This document shows positions 28,888 to 38,774 of a stretch of DNA of 62,934 nucleotides, piece after piece; position 1 is the first letter of the stretch, and every line of letters starts with the position of its first letter. Under the pieces are notes generated by a model that was not told where the DNA came from, made no database searches, and was given only the letters and a program-made list of their open reading frames with translations. Origin of the DNA: an uncultured Clostridia bacterium. Its GTDB lineage: Bacteria; Bacillota; Clostridia; TANB77; CAG-508. The stretch covers positions 1-62,934 of the forward strand of contig CANRBH010000004.1 of the NCBI GenBank assembly GCA_947628825.1, written 5' to 3'. The translations under genes were made by a program, and so were the position numbers.

Positions 28888-29823
28888 TTACAATTTTTTT
28901 AGCAAACATACGAAAAATCCTTCCATTCTTTTTGATGGAAAAATCTTTATTGCTTTTTCGACATCTTTCGAAAGTCCTTTATTACATGCTTTATGTGCTT
29001 CTTTAAATTTCATATCTATATCTAATACTTGCATATTTAATTTTTTAATTGCCCAATCTATATTTTTTTCATTTTCTTTGCTATTTAATGTGCAAGTTGA
29101 ATATACCAATAAACCTCCTTTTTTTAGAGATCTGTATGCACTTGCTAATAATTCTTTTTGAAGTTTTGATAAATCATTCACTAATTTTTCAGACCAATTC
29201 GAATATGATTTTTCATTTTCTAATAAAAATCTTCCTTCTCCACTACATGGTGTATCTAATAACACTTTATCAAATTTTTCTTCATTACCAATATTTCTTC
29301 CATCTGAGTTACTAATCTCTACAATTTTTACACCCTGCATTTCAATATTATATTTTAACCTATCACATCTAATTTTATCTATTTCGTTTGCTAGAATATA
29401 TCCTTCATTTTTCATTATAGCAGCCATTTGTGTAGTTTTACTACCCGGAGCTGCAGTTAAATCTAATACACTTTCTCCACTCTTTGGGTTTAATATAATT
29501 GGTGGAATCATACTAGATAAGCTTTGCACATAAACTAAACCTTTATTATAAAAATCATATTTTTGTAAATCTTTTTCCGTTTTATTTTTTATAATAAAAG
29601 CATCTTCATAAATTTCTACTTTTTCGAATTCAATGTTTAAATCATTAAAAATTTTTTCTATTTTTTGACTATTAGATTTTAAAGTATTTACTCTTAGTGT
29701 TGTATATCTTTTTTCTAACATTCCTTCTAGAATTTTATCTGCTATTCTTTCATTAAATTCTTTATATAAATTTTGTATAAATTCAATTGGTAATTTTGTT
29801 TTTGCTATAATAATTGAATTCAT
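28888..29823 (-). CDS. RsmB/RsmF-like rRNA cytosine-C5 methyltransferase (NOL1/NOP2/Sun family)
   Basis: VLDLTAAPGSKTT, LLDTPCSGEG and VYSTCTL motifs. The start is placed at 29823 (AGGAGAG upstream). Confidence 0.85.
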   Translation of the reverse strand: MNSIIIAKTKLPIEFIQNLYKEFNERIADKILEGMLEKRYTTLRVNTLKSNSQKIEKIFNDLNIEFEKVEIYEDAFIIKNKTEKDLQKYDFYNKGLVYVQSLSSMIPPIILNPKSGESVLDLTAAPGSKTTQMAAIMKNEGYILANEIDKIRCDRLKYNIEMQGVKIVEISNSDGRNIGNEEKFDKVLLDTPCSGEGRFLLENEKSYSNWSEKLVNDLSKLQKELLASAYRSLKKGGLLVYSTCTLNSKENEKNIDWAIKKLNMQVLDIDMKFKEAHKACNKGLSKDVEKAIKIFPSKRMEGFFVCLLKKL

Positions 29824-30053
29824 TAAAAACTCTCCTAATTTTTTATTTTTACTTATTGGTATGATTATAGCACACAGTTGCACTTACAGTCAAAATTGTT
29901 ATAATTCATAAATATATTTATGTAACTAACTTTTATTGATGTGAGTTGTAACTCAAAAATACTATATTTTACTTTAAAATCTCACCATTTTTTATTTGTT
30001 TTCATAATATATATAAATAATGGTTTTAAACCATTAAGAAAGGAATATATAAT

Positions 30054-30608
30054 ATGGAATTAGATGAAAAAAAATTTGAACCAACATGCCCAATAGTTGA
30101 TATTGATGGTTATATAGCTAACGGAAAGCAATATGATTTAGACATTACTTTAGCACAAGATAATAGAGATGTTATCTACGGTATAGTAAGAAATTGCTTT
30201 AAAGATCCAGTTAAGGATGCTGTTGTAAAACTTGTTGAAGTAGAATACAAAATGGGTAGAAAGGAACTTAAACCTGTTTCTCACACATTTACAGATGATG
30301 ATGGAGAATTTGTTTTTGGACCTCTATGCCCTGGAAAGAAATATTCAGTTCAAGTATGGGCCAATTCAGTTGACCATGTTAAGATTTGTGCAAAATGTCA
30401 TCGTGAAGGAAGATGTTTACAAGGTGTTAAACTAGAGTGTAAATATAAAAATGAATATGACTTTGAAGACAATTGTCCTTGCATGAAAGAAGACGAATGC
30501 AAACATTGTGACTGTGACAAAAAAGATGAACCAAAAAAAGATTGTGATAAAAAACCTGAATGTCCTCAAAAGAAGGATGAAATGCCTTGCGGTTGTGGAA
30601 GATTCTAA
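30054..30608 (+). CDS. Cys-rich protein with a carboxypeptidase-regulatory-like (transthyretin-fold) domain; possible spore-coat-type protein
   Basis: GIVRN..KDPVKDAVVKLVE...TDDDGEFVFGPL.PGKKYSVQV, then a CxxC/CxC-rich tail. One of only four plus-strand genes in the window. Confidence 0.6.
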   Translation: MELDEKKFEPTCPIVDIDGYIANGKQYDLDITLAQDNRDVIYGIVRNCFKDPVKDAVVKLVEVEYKMGRKELKPVSHTFTDDDGEFVFGPLCPGKKYSVQVWANSVDHVKICAKCHREGRCLQGVKLECKYKNEYDFEDNCPCMKEDECKHCDCDKKDEPKKDCDKKPECPQKKDEMPCGCGRF

Positions 30609-30658
30609 TTTATTATGACTAATCTAATTTGTTCATCACTTTATTTGTAATTTTAAAA

Positions 30659-30688
30659 GGCTGGATTTTAGTCCAGTCTTTTTATTTT
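30659..30688. terminator. bidirectional intrinsic terminator between the Cys-rich gene and cdd
   Basis: Stem ggctgga/tccagtc followed by TTTTTATTTT on the plus strand. An A-run precedes it, giving a T-run on the minus strand. Confidence 0.6.
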
Positions 30689-30718
30689 AGCTATATATAT
30701 GCAATGATAGAATTTTGT

Positions 30719-31138
30719 TTATTTATTGTATCTTTTATCTCCCCACCAATTTGGTATTAAATCTTTTAAATAAACAATTTTTCTTGTATCATAGTCTGTA
30801 AGAATTTCCATATTTCTATTTTCATAATTTAGTTGCATAAAAAATTCTCTACAAGCTCCACAAGGCATTCCTCCATTTTCCTTAGGTGGTTCACTTCTAA
30901 AAGCTATCATCCTTATAATTTTAGTTTCACCTGTATTTAAATACATATTTAAGGCTGCTACTCTTTCTGCACAAAGATTCATTACTCCACTAGCTCCTTC
31001 AATACAAAAACCTGTAAATATTTTTCCACTTTCGCTTTGAACTGCTGCAACAACATGATGAGCAATTATGAAAGGTGATACATCTTCAGGATGATATTCC
31101 TTTTTTGCTTTTTCATACATTTCTTCCCAAATATCCAT
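30719..31138 (-). CDS. cdd: cytidine deaminase
   Basis: CAERVA...PCGACREF zinc-binding motifs; size is typical at 139 aa. Confidence 0.9.
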   Translation of the reverse strand: MDIWEEMYEKAKKEYHPEDVSPFIIAHHVVAAVQSESGKIFTGFCIEGASGVMNLCAERVAALNMYLNTGETKIIRMIAFRSEPPKENGGMPCGACREFFMQLNYENRNMEILTDYDTRKIVYLKDLIPNWWGDKRYNK

Positions 31139-31258
31139 TTTTTTCTCCTTTTAACTTTTTATTTATTATTTTTTTCATCATAAAAATTTGTTTATATTTT
31201 ATTATTTTAATTTATTCTTTATCTTGTAAAATTATTTTCAATTTTCTTTATACTATTA

Positions 31259-32233
31259 TTAGTTTTGTTCAAAAATTTGTTGTCCTTTTATTAAATCATA
31301 ACTTATCAATTCTGTTCCATCTAAATTTTCCTTATGCATATCTACACTAGTAATCTGACTATTTTCATAAGTTGTATAATAATATATTCCCTTATCCATA
31401 TTGCAACAAGAACTGTAAATTGTTATTTCATATAAATTTTCTCCCATATATACACATCCTCTTTGTTGACATACTGAATTTAATATATGAAAGAATTGAC
31501 TAATGCTTTCTGATTCTGAATTTCCTGAAATAGAATTCATTTTTGTAAATGTTGCTTTTACAAATCTTGATGCGGAAGATAAGTCTCCTGGAAGTCCCAT
31601 AGCTCCCATTCCTCTGCTATAAGTCTTTAAATTTAATTTTTTTGAAAAATTATTTTCAGGTGCCTTAGTTGATAAACTCATATAATTATTTAAGTTAAAC
31701 ATTTGCATATCAAAAGTTGGGTTATTAGTAAGTACTCCTACAGGATTTTCATATATCTTAAGTCCTTCTTTAACACTTTCTACAGTTATTGAAGATTCTT
31801 TGTCAGCAATTATCCAGTGCAAAGGTGATGCTGGTAATTCATCACTAAAATTTATTGATGCTATATTTATATTTTCTAATAAACTTTTTGCTTCTGTTAT
31901 ATTTGCACATTGTGCTAATATATAAGGAATAAATTCAAATGGTGCTACATTATCTTTATTCTCTTTTTCTTCCTTGTAGTCTGCATTTTCTGGAAAGTTT
32001 AATCCTGCCATTCCTAAACCTTTTTCATTTATTGCATCATAATAAAGTGGATAGTTATCAGCTACATAAGCCATTCCTATCATTGCATAATGTTCTTTCA
32101 AATTATTTACTTTTCTAAATTTTAATTCATAATTTCTAGGTGTAACTGTTACTGTTTCTTTATATGAATATTCTAAATCTAAATTTCTTCCAAAATAATG
32201 GTCTTTTGTACTATAAGTTACTGCTGTACACAT
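31259..32233 (-). CDS. choloylglycine hydrolase family Ntn amidohydrolase (bile-salt hydrolase / penicillin V acylase family)
   Basis: Begins MCTAVTY (Cys2 nucleophile), then FGRNLDLEY. Its length is typical of the family. Confidence 0.85.
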   Translation of the reverse strand: MCTAVTYSTKDHYFGRNLDLEYSYKETVTVTPRNYELKFRKVNNLKEHYAMIGMAYVADNYPLYYDAINEKGLGMAGLNFPENADYKEEKENKDNVAPFEFIPYILAQCANITEAKSLLENINIASINFSDELPASPLHWIIADKESSITVESVKEGLKIYENPVGVLTNNPTFDMQMFNLNNYMSLSTKAPENNFSKKLNLKTYSRGMGAMGLPGDLSSASRFVKATFTKMNSISGNSESESISQFFHILNSVCQQRGCVYMGENLYEITIYSSCCNMDKGIYYYTTYENSQITSVDMHKENLDGTELISYDLIKGQQIFEQN

Positions 32234-32253
32234 AATAAATACCTTCTTTCTTT

Positions 32254-33573
32254 TTATTTTTTCTTGTGTAATTTGTAATTTAATATTGCTTTTCTAGTTG
32301 GTTGAAGCGCTGTATAATTTGCAATTACATATTTTTTTACATTAGTTTTATATAAAGCCTTAACCGCTTCATCTAGTTCTAAATAAGGTTCTATCTTTGT
32401 AGCATCAAATCCACTTGTTTTTATTCTAATTGCTATATCATAAGCTCTTTGTCCTGATGTTATAATTCTTGTAACATTATTTATATTAAAATTTATGTCC
32501 CATATCCACGATACATCAAATCCATCTGCAATATTATCATTTAAGACAAATAATAGTTCTTTTTCTTCACTATCTTCATTTAGTATTCTTAAGCTTACAT
32601 TTGCACCTGTTGGATTTTTTGCAAGATTTATTAATGTTTTGCAACCATTTACTTCTATTTCTTCACATCTACCATTATCCAATTTAAATGTAGCTAAAGC
32701 TTCCTTAGCATCTAAATTATACAATTTTGCAAATGCTAAACTTGCTGCAAAATTGTATATTGCATAAATACTATTTGCTAGAGTTTTATATTCTACATCA
32801 TCTGCTACAAACATTCCATCCTTAACATTTACATTTTTTACTTCTAAAAATATTTCTTCATCCCCATAATTACAAGTTGGACATCTAAACTTTCCAATAT
32901 GTGAATATTGATAATATTCATATTCTAGTCTTGTTTTATCAAATGGACAGAACTTTCCTTCTCCTGCTTCTTTCTCAGTTTCAGTTGCATATTCATATTT
33001 ATCAACACTAAAATAATAAACATTTTTATTATCAGGATTTGCCCTGCCTAGTCTTGCAACATTTGGATCATCATTATTAAGGATTAAGTTTCCTTCATAG
33101 GTTTTTAAAAATTCATTTATCTTTAATATCAATGCTTCTTCTTCACCATTTCTATCTAATTGGTCTCTAAAGAAGTCAAGAACAATTAAAGTATCTAGTC
33201 TAATCTTTTCGAAAACAACTGGTACATAACTTTCATCTACTTCCAAAGTAACAAAATCTGCTTTTATTTTTCCAGTTATCGAACTAGATTTTAATAATGT
33301 AGTAATTATTCCTGTTTCCATATTGTTTCCTTCAGTATTACTAACTGCTTTTTTACCATTTTTCTTTACAATGTATGAAATAACATTGTTAGAAGTAGTT
33401 TTACCATTTGTTGCAGTTATAGCAATAACAGGGCAATTTATTTTAAAATATTTTATTATATCAGGACTTAACTTTCTTGCAATTTTGCCAACTACATTAC
33501 CACTATTTTTCTTAAATATTCTAATTCCAAAACTTAGTATTTTACATATTACTAAAACCAATAAATTATACAA
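32254..33573 (-). CDS. murT: Mur ligase family protein MurT (lipid II isoglutaminyl synthase, ligase subunit)
   Basis: ITATNGKTTSNN P-loop, Cys4 ribbon CPFD...CPTCNY and a C-terminal DUF1727-like region. TTG start with AAGGAG upstream. Confidence 0.8.
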   Translation of the reverse strand: MYNLLVLVICKILSFGIRIFKKNSGNVVGKIARKLSPDIIKYFKINCPVIAITATNGKTTSNNVISYIVKKNGKKAVSNTEGNNMETGIITTLLKSSSITGKIKADFVTLEVDESYVPVVFEKIRLDTLIVLDFFRDQLDRNGEEEALILKINEFLKTYEGNLILNNDDPNVARLGRANPDNKNVYYFSVDKYEYATETEKEAGEGKFCPFDKTRLEYEYYQYSHIGKFRCPTCNYGDEEIFLEVKNVNVKDGMFVADDVEYKTLANSIYAIYNFAASLAFAKLYNLDAKEALATFKLDNGRCEEIEVNGCKTLINLAKNPTGANVSLRILNEDSEEKELLFVLNDNIADGFDVSWIWDINFNINNVTRIITSGQRAYDIAIRIKTSGFDATKIEPYLELDEAVKALYKTNVKKYVIANYTALQPTRKAILNYKLHKKK

Positions 33574-33604
33574 CTTTTTTCTCCTTGAAAATATTTTATT
33601 ACAA

Positions 33605-35806
33605 TTATTTTTTACGTTTTACTTCATATACACTGTCTACTTTTCCTAGTTTTCTTAATGCTTGATTTAAATCTTCTAAGCTTTTTACTTCTATTGTAAT
33701 TTCAATATTAGCTATTTTTTCTTTTGTAGATTTTGAATTTACAGCAACAATATTTACATTAGATGTAGCTATAACGTTCATTATATCTGCTAGAAGTCCT
33801 ATTCTGTCATTTGCAAAAATATTAATTTCAACATTATATGAATGTTTCTTTTCTTCATCCCAGTAAACATCTATTATTCTACCTTCATCTTCTAATAAAT
33901 CTTTAACATTTTGACAATCTTTCCTGTGAACTGTAACTCCTCTACCTCTTGTGATATATCCTATAATTTCATCTCCTGGAACTGGTGAACAACATTTAGA
34001 TAATTTAACAAGACAATTATCTATACCCTTTACAATAATTCCAGTTTTTGATGCTTTTGGTTTATTCTCTTTACTTAATTCTTGTAGCTTTTCTTCTAAG
34101 GTTTTATCTTCTTCTTCATTATTAAACTTTCTATATTCTTCTAAAGTTCTAGAAATAATTTTACTTGCACCAATTGAACCAAATCCAACTGCTGAATACA
34201 TTTCATCTAAGTTTCTAAAATTATATCTTTGAAGCATCGGTCCATAATACTTTTGAATAAAGAAATCATCATGGTTCATACCAATTCTTTTTATTTCTCT
34301 TTCAATAATTTCTTTTCCTTTTTCAATATTTTGTTGTCTTTCATGCTTTTTAAACCATTGCAAAATCTTATTTTTTGCAGAAGAACTTTTTACAAATTTA
34401 AGCCAATCTCTACTTGGTCCTTTACTATTATCATTTGTAATTATTTCTACAATATCACCATTATTTAATTTTGTTATAATAGGCATCATCTTGCTATTTA
34501 TTTTACACCCTGTCATTCTGTTTCCTATTTCAGCATGTATATTATAAGCAAAATCAATTGGTGTGCTTCCTTTTGGTAAAGTCTTAATTTCTCCTTTTGG
34601 TGTAAATACATATACTTCATCTTCAAAAAGTTCTGTTTTAAGAGTTGTTAAAAACTCTTGAGGATCCTGCATATCTTTTTGCCATTCCAAACTTTCTCTA
34701 AGCCAAGATAGCTTGTCCTCTGTTACAGTAACATTTGCTTTTTTTCCTCTTAAGAAGCTTTGTTCTTTGTATGCCCAATGTGCAGCAATACCAAACTCTG
34801 CAATTCTGTGCATATTGTAAGTTCTAATTTGTACTTCAAATGGAGTTCCATTTGGTCCAATTAAAGTAGTGTGTAAAGACTGATACATATTAGGTTTTGG
34901 AACAGATATATAATCTTTAAATCTACCAGGCATTGGTGTATATAATTCATGTACTACTCCAAGTGCTGCATAACAGTCTTTTACTGAATTTACTAAAATT
35001 CTTAATGCAAACAAATCATAAATTTGGTCTAAAGTCTTGTTATCTCTTTGCATTTTTCTATATATTGAATAAAAATGTTTTGCTCTTCCTGTTATCTCTG
35101 CAACTATATGTTCCTTTTTTAAATGAATTTTTATTTCATCTGTTATTGCATCAATAAACTTTAATCTTTCATCTCTTTTTTTATTTATTCCTTCAACAAG
35201 TTCTCTAAATTCTTCTGGATATAAATATTTAAAAGCTAAATCTTCAAGTTCCCATTTTAATGAATAAACACCAAGTCTATTTGCAAGAGGAGCATATAAT
35301 TCCAAAGTTTCTTTTGCATTAGCAATTTGTCTATCTCTTGATAAATATTTCAAGGTTCTCATGTTATGAAGTCTATCTGATAATTTTATTAAAATAACTC
35401 TGATGTCTTTACCCATTGCTAAAAACATTTTTCTATAATTTTCAACTTGTTCTTCTTCTGCACTTACATAATTGATTTTTCCAAGTTTAGTAACTCCATT
35501 TACCATTTCGGCTATTTCTTCACTAAACTCTGTTTTAATATCATCAAGTGTTACATCTGTATCTTCTACTAAATCATGCATTAAAGCAGCACAAATAGTT
35601 GCATCATCTAATCCAAGAGTAGATAATATGTAGGCAACTTGAACAGGATGAATTATATATGGTTCACCTGATTTTCTTTTTTGATCTCCATGATGAGCGA
35701 CAGCATAATTATAAGCTTTAGTAATAAGCTTTGTATCTGCTCTCCTATTATGATTTTTCATTTCTTGAATTATGTCTTTAAGTTCTTTTTCCTCTACTTC
35801 TGCCAT
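33605..35806 (-). CDS. relA: bifunctional (p)ppGpp synthetase/hydrolase RelA/SpoT (Rel)
   Basis: HD domain (HPVQVA...HDLVEDT), synthetase domain (YKDYISVPKPNMYQSLHTT), TGS and ACT domains. Confidence 0.97.
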   Translation of the reverse strand: MAEVEEKELKDIIQEMKNHNRRADTKLITKAYNYAVAHHGDQKRKSGEPYIIHPVQVAYILSTLGLDDATICAALMHDLVEDTDVTLDDIKTEFSEEIAEMVNGVTKLGKINYVSAEEEQVENYRKMFLAMGKDIRVILIKLSDRLHNMRTLKYLSRDRQIANAKETLELYAPLANRLGVYSLKWELEDLAFKYLYPEEFRELVEGINKKRDERLKFIDAITDEIKIHLKKEHIVAEITGRAKHFYSIYRKMQRDNKTLDQIYDLFALRILVNSVKDCYAALGVVHELYTPMPGRFKDYISVPKPNMYQSLHTTLIGPNGTPFEVQIRTYNMHRIAEFGIAAHWAYKEQSFLRGKKANVTVTEDKLSWLRESLEWQKDMQDPQEFLTTLKTELFEDEVYVFTPKGEIKTLPKGSTPIDFAYNIHAEIGNRMTGCKINSKMMPIITKLNNGDIVEIITNDNSKGPSRDWLKFVKSSSAKNKILQWFKKHERQQNIEKGKEIIEREIKRIGMNHDDFFIQKYYGPMLQRYNFRNLDEMYSAVGFGSIGASKIISRTLEEYRKFNNEEEDKTLEEKLQELSKENKPKASKTGIIVKGIDNCLVKLSKCCSPVPGDEIIGYITRGRGVTVHRKDCQNVKDLLEDEGRIIDVYWDEEKKHSYNVEINIFANDRIGLLADIMNVIATSNVNIVAVNSKSTKEKIANIEITIEVKSLEDLNQALRKLGKVDSVYEVKRKK

Positions 35807-35814
35807 TTTTGCTT

Positions 35815-35842
35815 ATGTTAGTTTTAAGCTAACATCTCCTCC
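35815..35842 (-). promoter_or_regulatory. SD-hairpin-AUG leader module, second copy (GGAGG-AG-AUGUUAG-loop-CUAACAU-AAGCAAAA-AUG)
   Basis: Same half-sites and same layout as 4336-4364, directly upstream of the relA ATG at 35806. Confidence 0.5.
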
Positions 35843-35948
35843 TTGTTTCTAACTTTATACGCTACTAATTTTCTTATGCCTTTTAATTTTTTTACTATCT
35901 ATGCTATTGATTTTCTTAGTTGTTTTAATTTCATGATTCTTGCTCTTT

Positions 35949-37631
35949 CTATGATATAGACTTTCTTAAATCTTTTAAGTTAACTTGTACTTTTTCTGTA
36001 TTGTTAAAGCTATTTATTTCTAAGTTTCCTACTATATCGATTTTATCACCTATTTGATATAAATCTGCATAATTTCCTAAGTTAAATCCAATTACATCAA
36101 CTACTGAATTATCACCCTTTACAGTAAGCTTCAAATGCTTTCCATCTGATAATGTTCTTATTGAAAGAATCTTTAAATTTTTATATATTATAACAGGTCT
36201 ACTATTTGCTTCTCCAAATGGTTCCAATAAATCTAGCTCTTTAATAGCGTCTACATTTATATCTTTTTCAGTGATAATACTATCTATATCTAATTCTGGA
36301 ACTATTTTATCTGTTATTTTTTCTTTAGCATAGTTTTCAAATTCTTCTTTAAATTTATCAATATCTTTAGAATTTAAAGATAATCCTACTGCCATACTAT
36401 GTCCACCAAAATGTTTTAGATATTTGCTACAATCTACTATTGCTTCATGTAAATCAAAACCACTTACACTTCTTCCAGATCCCTTTGCGTCCTCTCCTTC
36501 AATACATAGCAATATACTTGGTTTGTAATATTTTTCAGTAATCTTTGAAGATACTATTCCAATAACTCCATGATGCCAATTTTCACTTCCTAAAATAATG
36601 CAAGGCTTATCTATTTCTTTTTCAGCATCTATAACAGCTTCTTCATATATTTTCTTTTCTATATCTTGTCTTAATCTATTATATTCTTCTAGTTTTTGAG
36701 AATATTTTCTTGCTTCAATTGGGTCATCTGTTAAAAATAATTCCAGTGCATCTTCTTGATGTCCCATTCGTCCACACGCATTTATTCTTGGTGATACTCC
36801 AAATGAAATTGCAACAGAATCAATTTTCTTAAAACCTGCTAAATTTAAAATTTCTTTTAGTCCTAAGTTTTTAGTTTGATTTACTAGCTTAAGTCCAAGT
36901 TTAGCAATTACTCTATTTTCATCTACTAGGGGTACTATGTCTGAAATAGTTCCTACACAAACTAAATCTAAATATTTTAAACATTCATTTTCATTTATGT
37001 TTAATTTTTGACAATAAGCTTGAGTTAATTTAAAAGCTACTCCACAACCTGCTAAGCCATTAAATGGATATTTACTATCTTTTCTTTTACAATCAACTAC
37101 TGCTATTCCATTTGGTAATTCATCTAGAGTTTCATGATGGTCTGTTACTACTACATCCACACCAAGTTCTTTTGCTAAGCTTACCTCTTCTATTGCAGTT
37201 ATTCCACAGTCAACAGTTATAATTAGTTTATAGCCATTATCTGCAATTTGTTTTATTGCTTCTTTATTTAGTCCATATCCTTCATCTAATCTATTAGGAA
37301 TATATGAATCTACGTTTATTCCTCTATCTCTAAAAAATCTTTTTAATATAGTTGTGCTAGTGATTCCATCTGCATCATAGTCACCATATATAATTATTTT
37401 TTCTTTGTCCTTTACAGCTTTGATTATTCTATCAATTGCCTTATCCATATCAGGCATTAAAAATGGGTCATAAAAGTCATTTCTAGTTGGATTTAAAAAT
37501 TTTTCTATTTCATTATCTTTTAGATTTTTATGGGATAATATTTTAGATGTTAGTAAATTTAGATTAAATTTATTTGATATCTCTAATGCTCTATCTATAT
37601 TTTCCTCTTTTATAGTCCATTTTTTGTTCAT
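35949..37631 (-). CDS. recJ: single-stranded-DNA-specific exonuclease RecJ
   Basis: DHH motifs (YGDYDADGITS, DCG, VVTDHH) and DHHA1 (GGHSMAVG). Confidence 0.93.
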   Translation of the reverse strand: MNKKWTIKEENIDRALEISNKFNLNLLTSKILSHKNLKDNEIEKFLNPTRNDFYDPFLMPDMDKAIDRIIKAVKDKEKIIIYGDYDADGITSTTILKRFFRDRGINVDSYIPNRLDEGYGLNKEAIKQIADNGYKLIITVDCGITAIEEVSLAKELGVDVVVTDHHETLDELPNGIAVVDCKRKDSKYPFNGLAGCGVAFKLTQAYCQKLNINENECLKYLDLVCVGTISDIVPLVDENRVIAKLGLKLVNQTKNLGLKEILNLAGFKKIDSVAISFGVSPRINACGRMGHQEDALELFLTDDPIEARKYSQKLEEYNRLRQDIEKKIYEEAVIDAEKEIDKPCIILGSENWHHGVIGIVSSKITEKYYKPSILLCIEGEDAKGSGRSVSGFDLHEAIVDCSKYLKHFGGHSMAVGLSLNSKDIDKFKEEFENYAKEKITDKIVPELDIDSIITEKDINVDAIKELDLLEPFGEANSRPVIIYKNLKILSIRTLSDGKHLKLTVKGDNSVVDVIGFNLGNYADLYQIGDKIDIVGNLEINSFNNTEKVQVNLKDLRKSIS

Positions 37632-37701
37632 AAAATCTCCTACTAAATTAAATAATTTGCTATTATTTTATACCTTTTTAGAGTTTTTGGCAATAGTTAT
37701 A

Positions 37702-37730
37702 TTGACTTAATTTTTTTTTAGAAATATAAT
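37702..37730 (+). promoter_or_regulatory. sigma-A type promoter for deoD (TTGACT-17 nt-TATAAT)
   Basis: Perfect -35 (37702-37707) and -10 (37725-37730) hexamers with a 17-nt spacer. Confidence 0.6.
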
Positions 37731-37815
37731 AATTTTAGATTATTCTTTAGCAAGTTGATTAAGAAAATTTTTATTATTTTGTATGCCTTTTAGCAAGGCA
37801 AGAAATGAGGTTTTT

Positions 37816-38535
37816 ATGACACCACATATTGAATCTAAATTAGAAGATATTGCAAAAATAGTTTTAATGCCTGGAGATCCTTTAAGAGCAAAATATATCG
37901 CAGACAATTTTTTGACTGATGTAAAGTTAGTAAATACAGTTAGAAATATGTATGGTTATACTGGTAAATATGAAGGAGCCAGACTTACAGTTTTTGCTTC
38001 TGGTATGGGTATGCCAAGTATTGGAATATACTGTTATGAACTTTTTAAAATCTACAATGTAGATATTATTATAAGACTTGGTTCTTGTGGAGCATATAAA
38101 CCAGATATAGAACTTTTAGATACAATTTTAGTTGATAATAGCTATACAGAAGGAAATTTTGCTAAAGGATTAACTGGTGATGAATGTCATATAGTAGAAG
38201 CTGATAGAGAGTTAAATAATTTGCTTGAACAAACTGCACAGGAAAAGAATATAAAACTTATTAAAGGAAATATCATTTGTAGCGAAATTTTTGATTATTA
38301 TGTTAAAGATTTTGATGAATTTAAAGCTCGTTTTCCACAAGATTTAAACATAATAGGTGCAGAAATGGAATCTTTTGCTTTATTCTATACTGCTAAATAT
38401 TTAAATAAAAAAGCTGCATGTTTACTTACTGCTGTAGATTCAAGATTTAATACTGAAAAAATATCAAGTAAAGATAGAGAGCAGTCATTGGATAATATGA
38501 TTAAACTTGCATTAGATACTGCTATAAAATTATAG
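37816..38535 (+). CDS. deoD: purine nucleoside phosphorylase, DeoD type
   Basis: MTPHI...VLMPGDPLRAKYIA...GMGMPS...RLGSCGA. The start is placed at 37816 (GAGG upstream). Confidence 0.93.
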   Translation: MTPHIESKLEDIAKIVLMPGDPLRAKYIADNFLTDVKLVNTVRNMYGYTGKYEGARLTVFASGMGMPSIGIYCYELFKIYNVDIIIRLGSCGAYKPDIELLDTILVDNSYTEGNFAKGLTGDECHIVEADRELNNLLEQTAQEKNIKLIKGNIICSEIFDYYVKDFDEFKARFPQDLNIIGAEMESFALFYTAKYLNKKAACLLTAVDSRFNTEKISSKDREQSLDNMIKLALDTAIKL

Positions 38536-38600
38536 TTTTTTATGCATAAATTGATACCAAATATAAAGATTTCATATCAATAATTATAGAAATAAAATTA

Positions 38601-38624
38601 CCCACTAATGAAAACATTAGTGGG
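38601..38624. terminator. stem-loop terminator shared by deoD (+) and the small basic-protein gene (-)
   Basis: Perfect 10-bp stem cccactaatg/cattagtggg. A T-run follows on the minus strand only. Confidence 0.6.
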
Positions 38625-38630
38625 TGTTGC

Positions 38631-38774
38631 TTACTTAGAGTCAGTTTTGTTTCCGACTCTTCTGGAAGTTACAATGGCTTTTTGCTTAGCACGGTTTTTC
38701 TTGGATGCTTTTGCTGCAGCCTCATAACGTGCTTTTGCTCTTGCCTTATATGCTCCTTCCATAGCTTTGCTCAT
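38631..38774 (-). CDS. unannotated small basic Ala/Lys-rich protein (47 aa: MSKAMEGAYKARAKARYEAAAKASKKNRAKQKAIVTSRRVGNKTDSK)
   Basis: The ORF is below the track's 60-aa cutoff. AAGGAG lies upstream; an alternative TTG start at 38780 gives 9-nt spacing. A terminator lies immediately downstream. The G+C is locally higher. Confidence 0.5.
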   Translation of the reverse strand: MSKAMEGAYKARAKARYEAAAKASKKNRAKQKAIVTSRRVGNKTDSK

